DNA of 64,000 nt, taken from assembly GCF_001194135.2 (NCBI RefSeq), contig NC_068992.1:49633467-49697466 (forward strand). Direction: 5' to 3'. The stretch is from Octopus bimaculoides. Its lineage: Eukaryota. The translations under genes and the position numbers were made by a program. Of this stretch, positions 63,994 to 64,000 are shown piece by piece; position 1 is the first letter of the stretch; each line of letters opens with the position of its first letter. A model generated the notes under the pieces. The model was not told the DNA's origin and made no database searches. It worked only from the letters and a program-made list of their open reading frames with translations.

Positions 63994-64000
63994 AATTATG

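Overview
AT-rich, microsatellite- and SINE-dense animal genomic DNA. The repeat families look like octopus/coleoid cephalopod repeats (inference). Several N-gaps show this is a draft assembly. Four spliced genes could be rebuilt by hand with GT-AG boundaries and consistent phases: PTAR1 (minus, 7 coding exons, 423 aa), PDCD7/U11-59K (plus, 9 exons, 742 aa with a very long Pro-rich first exon), an ANKRA2/RFXANK-family gene (minus, 8 coding exons, 299 aa) and SERF (plus, 3 exons, 69 aa, with a 7-nt first coding exon that the ORF track misses). They are arranged divergent / convergent / divergent. The rest is layered mobile DNA: four SINE families; RTE and Penelope-like retroelement remnants; and Tc1/mariner, hAT, piggyBac-like and Merlin (IS1595-like) DNA elements. 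The most unusual items are (i) a 37-bp-stem hairpin in SERF intron 1, flanked by and looping over a repeated ATTACGGT motif, (ii) a young Merlin-type MITE with a perfect 8-bp TSD that carries (TTAGGG)n inside nested inverted repeats, and (iii) a Merlin transposase remnant next to the PDCD7 start, with a related MITE in PTAR1 intron 1. No prokaryotic-type system, CRISPR array or true tRNA/rRNA gene is supported.
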